Source: the human T2T-CHM13v2.0 reference genome, Homo sapiens. From it: a stretch of 64,000 nt of DNA. The stretch lies in the NCBI RefSeq assembly GCF_009914755.1, contig NC_060948.1; one strand, written 5' to 3'. Both the position numbers and the translations under genes were made by a program. Shown here piece after piece: positions 18,009-32,111 of the stretch. Position 1 is the first letter of the stretch. Every line of letters begins with the position of its first letter. Under the pieces are notes generated by a model. The model saw only the letters and a list, made by a program, of their open reading frames with translations, did not search any database and was not told where the DNA came from.

Positions 18009-18635
18009 TATTACCAGAAAGGGGTCCAGATCCAGGCCCCAAAATAGGGTTCTTGGACCTCACACAAGAAAGAATTCAGGGTGAGTCCATGGAATAAAGT
18101 GAAAGCAAGTCTATTAAGAAAGTAAAGAAAGTAAGAATCACTACTCCAGAGCCAGAGCAGTGGCATGGACTGTGTATACTTATAGTTACTTCTTGATTAT
18201 ATGCTAAACACGGGGTGGATTATTCATGAGTTTTCCAGGCAATGGATGGGGATTTCCCCAGAACTGAGGGCTCCTCCCCTTTTTAGACTATATAGGGTAG
18301 CTTCTGGATGTTGCCATGGCATTTGTAAACAGTCGTGGCACTGGTGGGAGTGTCTTTTTGCATGCTAACACATTATAATTATCATATAATGAGCAGTGAG
18401 GATGACCAGAAATCACTTTCATTGCCATCTTGGTTTTGTTGGAAGCTGGCTGGCTTCTTTACTGCATCCTGTTTTATCTGCAGGGTCTTTGTGACCCATA
18501 ATTTGTGCTGATCTCCTATCTCATCCTGTGACTAAGAATACCTAACCTCCTGAGAATTCAGCCCAGTAGGTTTCAGCCTTATTTTCCCCAGCCCCTATGC
18601 AAGATGGATTTGGTCTGGTTCAAATGCCTCTGACA
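18009..18635 (-). mobile_element. MER41B ERV1 solo LTR
   Basis: Reverse strand begins 'tgtcagaggcatttgaaccaga' and ends 'ggacccctttctggtaata'; ~627 bp; perfect 4-bp TSD cctc. Confidence 0.9.
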
Positions 18636-19638
18636 CCTCTAAACACACACCTGCTTTACTTAAGGAAACTGATCCAAGAAGAAAATTCAAGATTTGATGA
18701 CATTTTAATTAACAAGTGCTTCATTTTAACTAATAAATTTCAAGTTGCTTATTCTCTTATACAACTATGAACATGTTTTAAATTGAAAAATACTATGTGC
18801 AGTATTGTAGCAAACATAAAAACAATTAAGAGATTCAGGGGATGTGAATCTAGACTTGCTGAAGTTTAATTACACTGTATTTTCATAAAGGAATCCCATT
18901 CACTTTAATTTTGTTTCTAAATTATGATGTCCTTTTCTTTTCAGAGCACATTGTAAATAACAGCATAGAACATCAGTTGGAATAGAGAAAACTGCAATTT
19001 CTTCCTATCTCTTGTCATTTAAAAATAACAAAAATGACAACTTGTCTGAAGAAAAGTTTTTAAATTTGACTAATGTTCCTTTGTGTGAAATATAATATAC
19101 TTAGCAGTTCAAAGTGGAAAAAACTAATCCAAGAGAGGATCATCATCATAGAACTCAAAAGAATGATGGATTTGATAGTTTTCTATTTTATGTTCAATAT
19201 AAAATTCCATTTTATTTGATTCATCAGGAATCCCATATATCCTTTAAATATGACAGATGATTATCTGAGAATAAAAATGTCTATGACCAAAAGTCCAAAA
19301 CTCGAACAAATTCACTAATCTCTAAGTTGATAAAGGCCAGTCCTAGTTTACAGAGCTACATATGGTTATTGCATGCTTTCTGTAAATGAAAGAACTATAA
19401 TCTCGTCCACAAGCGTATGGAGGTTTCTATTTTCCCTTTAGTCACTGATGTAGCCAAGAATCATACTACAGAAAACTACAGAAACTATTAAATTTTTTTC
19501 AGAATTAAAATCTGAAGTTATTTTGTAGGTCCAAATTAATCTACTCATAAAGGTACAAACTTATAACTTAAGTTCCAGTTTTTTAAATTTTGTATTTCCT
19601 CTGGAAGAATAAAAGACAGGTCTTTTGATATGGATAAA

Positions 19639-20114
19639 TAGGGATGAATCCTAGTTTTTGGAATCTGAAACTTACACGTTAACTCTCTTTAAAAAAAAGA
19701 ATACAAAATTACCATACAAAATTTTGTATAACCAGAATATTTATTTATAAAGAGAGGTTACGACAAATGCCAAATTTATAGAAGCTGACAAATATCACAA
19801 ACATTATAGAATCCAAGAAAATTATATACTTTTAATAATAAGCTGCTTGACACATCTCTGTAATATTTTTCTTTTCCCATTTCAAGAACACCCATGGATG
19901 CCTGAAACTGTAAAGACTACCAAACCCTGTATGTATTACGTTTTTTCCTATACATAAATATCTGTGATACTTTTTCCCAACATTTTTGGGTGCCTATCAT
20001 TGGATTGCCTCTTCACATGAAAATAATTTTGTAATATCAGGCCTCAAAAGAGGCCAGTGTAAGTGAAGGACCCTCAATCTTAAACTTCCTTAGCTCCATG
20101 GTAAATCTGCCTCT
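19639..20114. mobile_element. hAT-Tip100 (Zaphod/MER115-like) relic with an internal MER44/Tigger7-like fragment (~19880-19968)
   Basis: 'ctctttaaaaaaaagaatacaaaattac', 'agctgacaaatatcacaaacat' and end 'ttagctccatggtaaatctgcctct'; insert 'ggatgcctgaaact...ttttttcctatacata'. Confidence 0.6.
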
Positions 20115-21445
20115 ATTTGTATCAGTTATTCAATCAATGTGTGGCTGTTCATAAGATATAAAATAAGAACAACACCCTGTTGCAAAATATTCATCACTAT
20201 ATATCTATATCAATATCTGTATCCATATCTATAAACATAGATGTGTATAAAAAAGATTGTGAATTATAAATTTTGGACCGTATTTCAGGGTGCAATATAT
20301 CCTCAGAGAGATTCAAATTGTGTGGTGGGAGTGAGAGGTAATATTTATTTTATGCAAATAAATTGAGGTTACCAATCCCTTTTACCTGCCTACTTCAATT
20401 AAATAGTGAAAGGGATAGTGACTTATACAATGCTGGGGTTGTACTTATCATTATATAACTCACTACCTAGAACTAAAAACCAAACATGAAGTAGAAAGTC
20501 TATTTAACGAATTAATGTGGCTTAAAAGTGCCTGGGATGTAGAGTTCTTCAATAAGTATTTGTTTATGAATGAATAGATGAACTAACAAATGAGTGAATG
20601 GATAATACAGCTATATCCACCTCCCTTTTCTTTTGCCTCATTTTACCTCAATGACTGCTTTCGCTGCCTAATGAAGTCTAATTTTTTGAGTGCTAAATTA
20701 CATTGAAATATTTTTATCGGGTACTTCATGGCAGTTTTTATGTTATCTCATTTATGTTTCTAATAACAATTCTCAAGGTAATTTCATTTCTCAATACATA
20801 GTTACTGAAATTGAAAGAATTTGAGTAACTTATCCAATGTTCTACAGCTAGAATGTCAAAGAATCACAAGTTGAATCGAGGCTTTCTAGATTCTTAGGTA
20901 ATATACATCATAGCCTTTTATTTTTCCTACATGCCATGCCGTAAAAATATAGCCAAAACAAAAGGAGCTTATTAAGTTAAAATTGTGTTACATGCATCAC
21001 AAGTTCTAGGCAAAAAATGTAATATATTATGTCAAAAATAGTTACAATGGGAAGTCCTTGTGTCTGTGTCACAATGTACAGATTTATTCTTTTTATTTCC
21101 TTTCATTTTCATATCCATAAATTGCTCTTCGTAGTCTCAGTTTTGAAACTGGGTCTGGTCTGGATTGAGCAGTAGCACGTCAAGGGATCAAATGAATGTT
21201 GATGGAAATAGCTATATGCAGAGTGATCAACATCATGATAGGCTGACAGGTTTGAAGAGCCAAGCACTTTTACAACTGTCAAGCAGTATTTTTCATACTA
21301 CCTCAAAAAGATTCTCTGGTTGAATAAACTTTTAATATCCCCCTGCTGGAGAGTCACAACACATATTTACGTATTAAAGAAACACAGGAAATCCTCCGTA
21401 TAAACCTGCACCACGCCTACCTCCCCCAACTCCAATTTGTTCCTT

Positions 21446-21464
21446 TGCTGCCCCCTAGAGGGCC
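21446..21464 (-). promoter_or_regulatory. CTCF core motif candidate
   Basis: Minus strand CCCTCTAGGGGGCAGC fits the CTCF core CCWCYAGRKGGCR; motif match only. Confidence 0.55.
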
Positions 21465-23049
21465 TTGGCCAGAGTGCACACGCCATCACTGCCTTCTCTC
21501 CTAGTTTCTCTTTCTATTGCAGACTACGCTGCCTAAACTCGGGTCTCAAAGTAAACAGGGAGCTCAAAGTAAACAGGGTTTGAACACCAATTTGTGGTCT
21601 TTACATCATTTGCTAACTGCTAACACCCTTCTCTTCCTTGGAGAGTTTTCAGAAAGGAAATCATTATGAAGGGAGTAGGTGACTTCAATTCCTTTCTTCC
21701 CTATCATCTTCACTTCCACATCAGTCTCCAGATGAGCATTTTACCCGGCTGGAGTACATGCAGAAAAGTTGAAAGAGATGTAGCATGGTATAAATTTGAA
21801 AAGTTACGGTAGTGAACTTGAAGGAAAAATAAAAGAAAAATAATTTAAAAAGAAAAAAGTATCTCTACTGACTCCCCTCCTCAGGACCCTGAGTTTGCCT
21901 ATCCCTTATGTCCCACCCTCCTCCTCCTTCTCCTCTTCTCTGAGACCTAATCCACTTGGGGATAACAGACTATTTTCCAGTTATCTATGATTTATCTAAA
22001 TCTAGTTTTTGGATCTAAATCTGGTTTTGGAAGTGTGGGTGTTAAGTAATTCAGTCACACTATTCAAGAATAACAAATGTCATTGGAAGGCATCATTACT
22101 TATTTTGATAAACAGAAAAAGTCTTACCAACACAGCCTACCCACTTCAGCATCTTCCACAGAATAAATGATCCAAGGATATAAAACATAAAATGAGAAGC
22201 TAGAGTCATAAGTAATCTTATTTGTAGGACAGTGCTAAGCAGTTTGTCCTTTTGGGATCATGACCCTCAGCGAAGCAGGTAATATTTCCTTGACACTGAG
22301 CTGAGAGCACCACAGAAAGGGACTGGTGGAAACCAAGCAGGGTGCCAATGCTCCAACTATCAGAGCCTGAGCACTAGTAATAGCAACGGGTACTACAGTG
22401 TCCCCAGATAACTGAGTTAGACGACTAATTGTATGAACTAGAACACTAGGTTTGGACTTGGAGTAAAACGCAGATCTGGTCGATCCACTACAAGAACACT
22501 GAACAGTGGGTCTGAAAAAATATCGAATTCAAAAATCCATCAGTTGACAAAGTGAAGGTTTCTGAAGGATTCTTTATTATGACAGGATTAAGTTCAGCCT
22601 GAAGGAGAGACTAGTGCGTCTGGCTCCAGCAACAGGGCTAGAGAAGGTGGAGGCTAATAATAACAACATTCACAGAGTTGGGGAATCTAGGTCCAGTATT
22701 TTATTTTCATTGCCAATTTTTCATTCAATTTTTTTTCTTTAAAAGGAAAACCATTCTGTGCTCCAAACCCTTTCCCTTCACATTCTAGCCTGACAAAAAA
22801 GATAACCAGGATAGAATCAATAGTGTGCCAAACTGCCTTTGTGGTTTCACTTCATTTAGAAGTTACTCAAGAAAGGACAATTACATTTAAAATTCAAGAC
22901 ATCTTTTTATTATATGAAAGTACAATGATTCACCATTTTCTACCCTATGTGAAAGAAAATATAAAAGGAATAGTTGAGACCAGCTGCATTTTTGCAATTG
23001 AGAATAATCCTGGATTTGGATATTTTATTTAAAGGCAGAAACTGACATC

Positions 23050-23119
23050 CAGCTAAGTTTTAGTAATGAAAAAATAAAAATTGTCAGCTAAGTTTTAGTA
23101 ATGATGAAATAAAAATTGT
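23050..23119. repeat. 35-bp tandem duplication
   Basis: cagctaagttttagtaatga(aa/tg)aaataaaaattgt x2, 2 mismatches. Confidence 0.95.
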
Positions 23120-25382
23120 TCAATCTCAAAGGGAAAACAAAAATCCTATGCTGATTCTCTAGACATATGTGTAATCATTTAAAATGGTATGTCTGCAGTA
23201 GTCCAGCCAATTAAAAATGGCTCAAAATAGCCACTCATTAAATACTTTGTTGACTATACCATAGGCATTGATTTTAAAAGGAAAAAAAGAGCAGTTTTCC
23301 TATACGTTTCAATGAAATACACAGTATATTTGTTATCACATATCAGAAAATATAACTGATTTTAAAAGCATACAAAAGTTAAATCTACTTAGTTCACAGT
23401 CATATAATAGAAATAAAGAGGCTTAAAAAGTAAAGGCGGCTCAGAGTAGTGTGGGATTAGTCCAGGATTCTTGAAAAATGTGTATTTGTATCAATCTCAA
23501 TATATTGCTTTGGAAACATTATGTGGTTGGTTGCATATGTGTGTGCATTTCCTAAATTTAAAACAGTAGCTGATACCTATGTCCTGAAGAGATGGCCACA
23601 TAGAAATCTTGATGGAATAGGAAAATTCATTCTCATTGTTAATGAAAAAAAAAAAGGATTCTGCTTTTCTCAACGAACAAAACTGTTGGAATCCTTCACC
23701 TCACCACACAACATCTGGATAACTTAAGGCAAAACCTGTCCTAAAGAAACAAGAAAGATAGAGACTGTTAATAGCATTCTAATCATTCTACTCTTTAAAA
23801 AACAATAATTTTCCCCATTCATGTGCTGCCATCACAACACAGGCCAGTAGCACACAGATGAAAATCCTCATCTGGTACAGTTTGCAGCTATTCATTTGCA
23901 GAAAAATAAGAGTAAAGTAGGAGAAATTAATTCTTCAGGGGAAAAGAGCAACCTTGAGAACAACCCCACATTTACAATCATTTATAATTTATAATCATTT
24001 ATAATCAGCGCTCAGTGCTTCAGCAAAGTTCAGCTATAAACATAAGGCTGTAATTGTCAGGTTCTTGTGAAAGAAATTCAGCTACAGCTTTTATCCACTG
24101 CAATTGTGGAGCTGTTCAAGCCTACTGGAAAAAAAAAACATCTTCTATATGACCTGACTACCAAACAGTTGTCACACCCCTATTAATTACAGAGGTCGTT
24201 GAAGTAGTTAAGAATTCTTATCAAAATCTTTCCTCTATAGAAAGCCCTTCTTTTCTTCCCCTCCTTGGAATTTCAGTAAAGCATTTCTCAGAGCAGGGAA
24301 CGAGTTCAAACTTTTCCCAATTATTGGCCCAAACATTATAGTACACTTCTGATATATATATTTTTTATTTTGATGGTGTTGTAAGGCCAGTCCCAGGTCT
24401 ACAGAACAAAAAAAGAAAAACCAAAAAATCCTTGCAAGTCATATACAGGAGGGAATGGAGAAATGTTACTTTCATTTCACAGATACGCCCTTTTCAAATA
24501 TTCTTATACATTATAGTGGTGGAGAGGGGGAAGTGTGTTGAAAGATTTCATTCATCTATGTTTTCAGTAATAGTACCCTCTAGTGTCTCCAGCTGAGATA
24601 TGCATTTGGTGAGCTGCTAGGTAAAGCAGTTAAACCACCGACAGCATAGAGCTCGGTAACAAGCAGACCTTCTCCCATTTCTCAATCTTTAGCTTCCGAA
24701 GAAATTCATTTGTCTTTTGTGTATCTGTACCAGTTTCAGCCTTATTATCATTTGTGACGTGAATGCCTGAATACTAGAAATATCTACCAATTAAATGTAA
24801 AACTGCCTGTACAAATTATGATAGTAAAAATGCTTGGAATTGAGAAAGTACTTTTAACTTCTCATATCATTTGCATATGCACTATAATATTTGTAGGTCA
24901 CAGTATAGTTCCCCTACCCCTGTGATGACACATGAATGTTTGTTGTTGCTTTTAAAGAGAGAAGCAGAATGATTTCACTTGGGATAAAGAGAAATGAATT
25001 CTTAACTAAGGCTTTTGCTTTAAGCATTCTCTATCCCTTTGAGGTTTATGTTATCTTTTAATTTTCCTTAACATCTTTATTTGTTTATGTCTTGGAGAGT
25101 GACAACTTTTTAGCTTTATTTTAGACATTCTGCTGAGCATTTTAGATGAATTACCTTATTTAAATATCACTACAATATTTTGAGGTGGATAAGGTTATTA
25201 TCCCTAATTTTAGATGAAGGAACTGTAGCTTTTTGGGACAGCTCTGTCCAAAAAGCTACGTAATGCAAGCCACACATGTAATTTGAAATTTTCTAAAAAT
25301 ATTAAAAATACACAGTTGAAATTAATTTAATAATATATTTGTTGAACCAATGAGTCAATATATTATTTCATCATGTAACTGA

Positions 25383-25705
<323 letters not shown>

Positions 25706-25721
25706 TCAATATATTTTACAT

Positions 25722-25723
<2 letters not shown>

Positions 25724-25755
<32 letters not shown>
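25724..25755. repeat. (GT)n microsatellite
   Basis: Direct reading, ~16 units. Confidence 0.95.
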
Positions 25756-25757
<2 letters not shown>

Positions 25758-28700
25758 ATGTGATATACCTTCAAAATTGGGTGTGTACTTTACACTCGAA
25801 GCATATGTCAACTAGGGCAAGCCACATTTCATGTGCTCAGTAGCCACATGTGGGTAGTGGTTATCTTATTGGACAATACAGGTCTAGAGATTAATTTCTT
25901 CACAGCCAGACAGCTAGAACATGGCAGAGCCAAGACTCCAAATTTGGTCAAAAATCAAAGGTTTTTTCTTAACTACTGAGCATCACTCCCTCCTATTGCA
26001 ATTGTTGCTGATGGTTTAATATTAAACATTAAAAATATCATGGAGAATGTGTTTTATCCAGTCTTTCTGTTTCATTCCCATACACCAATCTACTTTCCCA
26101 ATAGCAATGATGATCTATTGATTATCACATGTCTGTGCAATGAATAGTGCAATTTGTGATGTAAAACACAAAAAAAGAATGGAATTTAGTGCAAAATAAC
26201 TGTCACATGATAAATACAAATTACTCTGTTGTCATCTATCTGCATGACCTGTACACTCCTTCTCTGAACAGAGACTATAAGGAAAGACAGATCACAATGA
26301 GATGACAGATTGCTTGATAAGGGATGTTTCATGCAAGGTGAATTAAAATAACAATATTTGATTGGCTTCATCAATCTCATATCAAGGGTGATTTTGTCAG
26401 AGAGTGAAAATGTACATGAATAGGTGTTGCCAATGCTCATCTCTCTGTTTTCTTTCACCAGGATTCTATGGCTGATCAATCCTTTTTTAGATGGGCATGT
26501 TATTTCTTGGTTTTAATCAATTCTTACAGGCCTGAGAAACATCCTTACTCACCAATGTTTTTGAAAACTCTTCTTTGATCCATTATATAATCAGAATGGC
26601 TTTATAGTTTATCCCTCAGAGAATATGCATATTTCCATGTTTATGGGGGTATATATTACCATAATTTCCCTTTTATGATCATAGCAGAACCCTGGTCTAG
26701 GTTCCTAATGGGAACACTGAAGAAACAAAATGCAATAAATATCACAGTTCCTTCCTGACACCTCATCCAAAAACCAGATTCCCACAGTGCCCTTTTTGCT
26801 TTTGAGGACTTTTGTTAGTCATAAAATTTTTATGTAATGCACATTCTGAAAATGTGTCACTACACAATCTGAAGACCGTATGCTGAGGGGCAGCACAATG
26901 GACTGGACGTAACATGGGTTGGAATTTCCTGTGTATTTTACAGCTATAATACCTTGGGCATTTTTACCGAGTCTCTGTTTTCTCATTTGTTAAGGAAAAC
27001 ATGAAGCTAATAATACCTACCTCTTAGAATGGTTTGGAGGATTAATGGGACAATTTATATAATGCAGATGGTACATTAAAAACATTCAGTAACGGGGAGT
27101 CCTTCTGTCTGTAGTCAGAAAAGCGTCTTCATCAGTCCTTTTAGAGTTAGAATGCCTAGAGCTTTTTGCCAGGTGCCTTTTGGTTATTCCGTTGCTCATT
27201 GGTGCCACCATCAGACAGAATACAGGAGAAAAGAAAATGGGGGAAAATTTTCATTATTTTCAGATGTGGATTTCTGTCAGTCTTTTCAACAGACTCAATT
27301 TCTTAGGTAACTTTCTGGTTTGCTTAGTTCAACTAGTAGAGTCTCCTTGGTCTGTAAGTAATGTTTCTAATCTATTCAGATCACTTCCTATTGGACTATC
27401 CACCTAAAACTAAATGCTCTGCTCCATATTATATATAGAAGAATTCAGATTAACTATAAAGTAACCATGTAGCTGAATTTATGAGTTATATACCCTGAAT
27501 AGAAATCTAGAGTCTGTTACTCTTTAGCGTCATGGTCTTGTGCAAATCACCTGTCCTCTATGAATTTCAGTTTCAGGAATTGCAAAATGGAATAATAATA
27601 TTAACCTCATAAGTCTGTCATGATAACTTTAAATACTTTAAACGGTGACAAAATAGTTCTCTTCTCCTGCCTAGGGATTAAATGGAAATCTTCAGAAATC
27701 AATTAATTGATATCTAATGTGGATGTTATGAATAATTCTTAGTATTTGAAAGCACTCCCATAGCATGCCTGTGCCACACTGTCCCTGGATCAATCAGTGA
27801 TTTTATTTGCATTGAGTTCCTGCCATCTCCCATGACACAGTCTCATACAGTATTGCAATCCCCAAGAGTCAGAGCTGTAACCATTTAGCAGCTTCTGATT
27901 TCCCCTCTCAGACATTTCCTAGCTCCCAAGAAGAGTACAATGCATGTGCTGGATACTGTGAATAATGAAGGGACAGTTACAGGAGGAGCAAAATGTAATA
28001 GTGAAGTGTCTCCTCACACCTGTGCAAGTAAATATTTCTCTGTTTTCTTTCATGCAGACCTGCATTGAGCTGCGGTGCTGATGTTTCTCCTAGTAGCATG
28101 GTTTTCGGTATAAAAATATGCAAAAAAGTGACGTGAGGAATATTTGAACCAAGGATTTAACCTTCAAAATATCAGGAATGGGAAAGGAGGCAGCTAAGAA
28201 GATGGAGAAGGATATACTGGGGAAATAAGTCATAAGGATTTGCCTTTCAGTTAAAAAACTTTCCCTGAAGCAGCTATTAGAGAAAAGCAACTTATTATAA
28301 TTCTGAAAATTTTTCCTTCTTGATGTTCTATCTCTATGCAGATGTCATCTCCTCTTCTATTCAGTAGACAAAAAATAAAAAATGGATACTGTGTTATTGG
28401 TGCTCTGAAACATTCTCTACTTTTTCTCCTTTTATTTCAGGAAAAAGAGCCACCTACTTTCAAATAATTGCACAGCCCCAGAAAGATAAGTTTTTCTACA
28501 GGATAAGCACAGAAAGTGGATTTTCCCCATAAAATCGTACACCTTTCTGGAGAGAGGAATTTAGAAAATTCACCTGGTTAATTTTCTGGCGTCTGGGTAA
28601 ATTTAAGGAGTTGTTCCTTGAAACAAGAATAAGAGTTGACCAGCTGGGGTGGTTTTGATGTTGTTACTACTGGTTTTTTAATCACATGCCAGGAACGGGA

Positions 28701-29026
28701 GAATTGGCCCCTACTTCCTTATATCCACGACCCTTCGAAGGCATAAACCAGCCACATTCCTCCTGGTACCTTTAGTGGTCCTTGGGGACCTGGCACCCGG
28801 ATGCCCACCCAGCCGTCGCCCACCAGGCAGCCAGAGCTGGCTGGCAAGCACCAGGCATGAGGCTCCGGGCTGGTTTCCTCCCTCTCTTGCCCCCTTTCCT
28901 ACCTTGGAAAAGCGCCGTCCATGCCCGCGACGCTGCCTGGTCTCTGGCAGCAATGCCACCTGACTCACTCCTGCTTGCTGTCTGGGGTAGCCAAATGCTA
29001 GGTCGCTAGAACTTCTCCTTCCCTCC

Positions 29027-29028
<2 letters not shown>

Positions 29029-29070
<42 letters not shown>
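29029..29070. repeat. (CA)21 microsatellite ~0.7 kb upstream of exon 1
   Basis: Direct reading. Confidence 0.97.
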
Positions 29071-29071
<1 letters not shown>

Positions 29072-29759
29072 CCCTTCGCTGCTGTCAGAGGATTAATCTG
29101 GAAAGGCGATCGAAGTACCAGACCCCGCTCACAGTTGAGTATGATATATGCGGACAGCCTCTCAGCTCAAACTGTGACTTTGCCAGGCTTCTGCCCCTAC
29201 TACCCCTAGTCTGCCTTAAGTATCCTTTGTATGAGAAAACGGTGCTGTGGGATGCTTGTTCTCTAGCTGGAGTCGGCAGCCAGCGGTATCACAAGAAAAA
29301 CACACAAGAAAAATCAAACTTCTCTGAGAAAATGTGAATGGGTGAAACTTAAAGGGAAGCCTAAGAGAAGAGTGAGCAGAGGACCGAGGAGAACATTGTA
29401 TGCACAGGGTTTTGCTCAGGAAAGCTAGCAGCCCGAAAGCGGCGCGTTTTCTTCAGCAGCGGGTCCCGCACGCGAGAGTGCTGCCAGCACGCTTTCTGCC
29501 TCCTTCTCCAGGAGGCGAGCAGTAACTTCCTAAGCTTACCTCCATCTCTCCCCCGCCCTTCTTGCTGGTTCTCCGTCAGCGGGGAGGGGCCGCCCCCGGA
29601 TCGATGGGGGATGTGAGGTGCAGGGAGTGGGGACCAGAGGGGGGTACTCAGCAGTTGGTGCTGCGCCATCCCTTCCCAGCAGGCGGCCCGGACACTGGTT
29701 CACTTCTCTCCCCACGCCTTCCCCTGGTTCACCCCCCTTCCTTCCCCTTTCTCCCCCTC

Positions 29760-30123
29760 TGTTAAGTCCCTCCCCCTCGCCATTCAAAAGGGCTGGCTCG
29801 GCACTGGCTCCTTGCAGTCGGCGAACTGTCTGGGCGGGAGGAGCCGTGAGCAGTAGCTGCACTCAGCTGCCCGCGCGGCAAAGAGGAAGGCAAGCCAAAC
29901 AGAGTGCGCAGAGTGGCAGTGCCAGCGGCGACACAGGCAGCACAGGCAGCCCGGGCTGCCTGAATAGCCTCAGAAACAACCTCAGCGACTCCGGCTGCTC
30001 TGCGGACTGCGAGCTGTGGCGGTAGAGCCCGCTACAGCAGTCGCAGTCTCCGTGGAGCGGGCGGAAGCCTTTTTTCTCCCTTTCGTTTACCTCTTCATTC
30101 TACTCTAAAGGCATCGTTATTAG
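29760..30123 (+). other. PCDH11Y: Non-coding first exon (5'UTR); start approximate (29740-29815)
   Basis: ATG-free, within the CpG island, ends at consensus donor TAG|GTAAGT (30123/30124). Confidence 0.82.
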
Positions 30124-32079
30124 GTAAGTAACCGGACTGGGTACCTGTACAGGGTGCTGTCAGGGAGGCGTGAGGTCCACACTTAGTGCGCGGACACTGC
30201 CCGCTGCCTGCCCCTGAGGTCTGAACTATGACAACGGGGTGGTTTTAAAGACGCTTCTGCTATTCTCCCTTCCCCCTTCTCTTCCCGGGAGGGAAGAGAA
30301 AGAGCAAACCCCGGAGGTGAGCGCAGGGAGAATATCTTTTTGCACTACCACCGCTGCGCTTCGTTACTTTGGGAAAACTCTCACTTTTGTCAGAAATGTG
30401 TCGGCGCATGAATTTCCCCGACATTGGCTGTGCAAAAAGGTCTCTCCCTTTAAAGGGTACAGCCAGCTTCAGCGAGGCTGAGGGAAACTCTAAGGTTGGG
30501 GCGGGTGTTGACAAAAGAGCACGTCCCGGACTCCCAGACTCGCCCGGCTGAGAGATTGGAGCTGAGGGGCGATGCCTCTAGCTGAGAAACTACCCCTGGC
30601 CTCGCTGCGCTCCTCTGGGGGCTCGGGTTTGGATCCCTGCCAGGCTGGCTCCAACCCTTGAGGGTACGACCCTTGGCGCAGAGAGGAGGGCCAGGAGCGC
30701 ACAGGGTTCCCGGTGCTGTTTCTCTTGGCGCTCACCTCCCCGCCCTTCCTTCCCGCCCTATTTATGGGGCTGTACTCAGCCAGCACCTGCTGGATGTGGA
30801 GATGGTAGGTGTGAGAAATACTGCCTATTTTTTAAAAATCAACTTATAATCTAGCCGAAAAACGGCATCATTTTCTCATTTTAAAAAAATGACTTTTCTA
30901 AGAGTATTGCCAGACATAAAAGGGTTCCTCTTTCTCTAAAGAAATGACTTGTAATCCCTTAGCCAAATAAATAAATCAATAAACCGCCCACCTATCCCAT
31001 AAATAGATGGTGTTTTCTAAGACAGAACCCAGAAACAGTTCACGTCCTCACAAAGGAATTCTTTTTCTTAAAGCGCGTAGCGATAAAACGGCTCTTTTTT
31101 TTTTCGAGGAAAGTAATGTACCTTTTAAAAGAGGTTCATCGGAAAATGTGACTTTTTAAAAGCGAGCAGCCGCAAACGGGTGCATTTTTTAGACTTTAGA
31201 AGAGCGGAGCGGCAGTCCGCCCGGGTTGCGGCTGGGACTCGCATCTGAGCGCTTAGTCGCAAACGGACTGAGGGTTAGGAGGAGAGGTCACTTTCTCAGA
31301 GTGTACAGCCAGAGCCGCTTCCTTGCCTCTCCCAGGGAAAGACTTTTAGAGCTTAACCGAAGGTGGGCCCTTTTGCTTCAGAATGATTTATTCCGCGTTC
31401 CTCTGCTTCACCCGCCTGCGGCTTAGGGTGTGGGGCGCTAGGCTGCTCATGTGAAGCGCTTACGGGTGAGCCCTGGCCTCTCCGATGCAAAATATGGGCT
31501 GGGGGCTGGGAATTGCTATTTGCGCCACTGCGGCCTACACCCACAAAGCAAAAACCGTGGGGAAGAGGGGCTAGGACAAAAGAAAAAGAATTAAAGCTCA
31601 ACAACAAACAAAATAAAAATTTTTAAAGTGTCTTTTTCTTGTGTGGAAACATCACAAAATGGGATTTAAACCCAGCCTAGGATCTGTTTTGTACGAAGAA
31701 AAGTGTGTGGAAGAAACTGGTTGAAAATCCGGGTAGAAGGGGGAGGGGGGGCAGCAAAGATGGGGAGGAGGCGATGGTGTCATAGCAGTCGCCTGTGCGC
31801 TCTTAGCGCTGCAACCAGGAAACAACCTGAGGAGCATGCAGAGAATTCCGAACGCTGAGCACACCTGAGAACATAGACGTGCTTTGTGACTTAAAGCGAT
31901 CTAGGCCCCCTAAAAAGTAAAACAGGTGTGACTCAAAATAGAAAAGGAAACGGTACTTGAGGGCACCCGCGCAACTTGGTAAAGACTGACGGAATTCCAC
32001 TTTTAATCTTGTTTGAAACAAACTCTCGCAATCCCAGCAGGAAATTCCAGCGCCAGGGCTGGCCTTTCCTCTGTGGGTC

Positions 32080-32111
<32 letters not shown>

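Noticed and set aside
22303-22323. REST/RE1-like motif 'gagagcaccacagaaagggac', plus half-sites at 17347 and 28070
   Set aside because: Too many mismatches in core positions to support a call.
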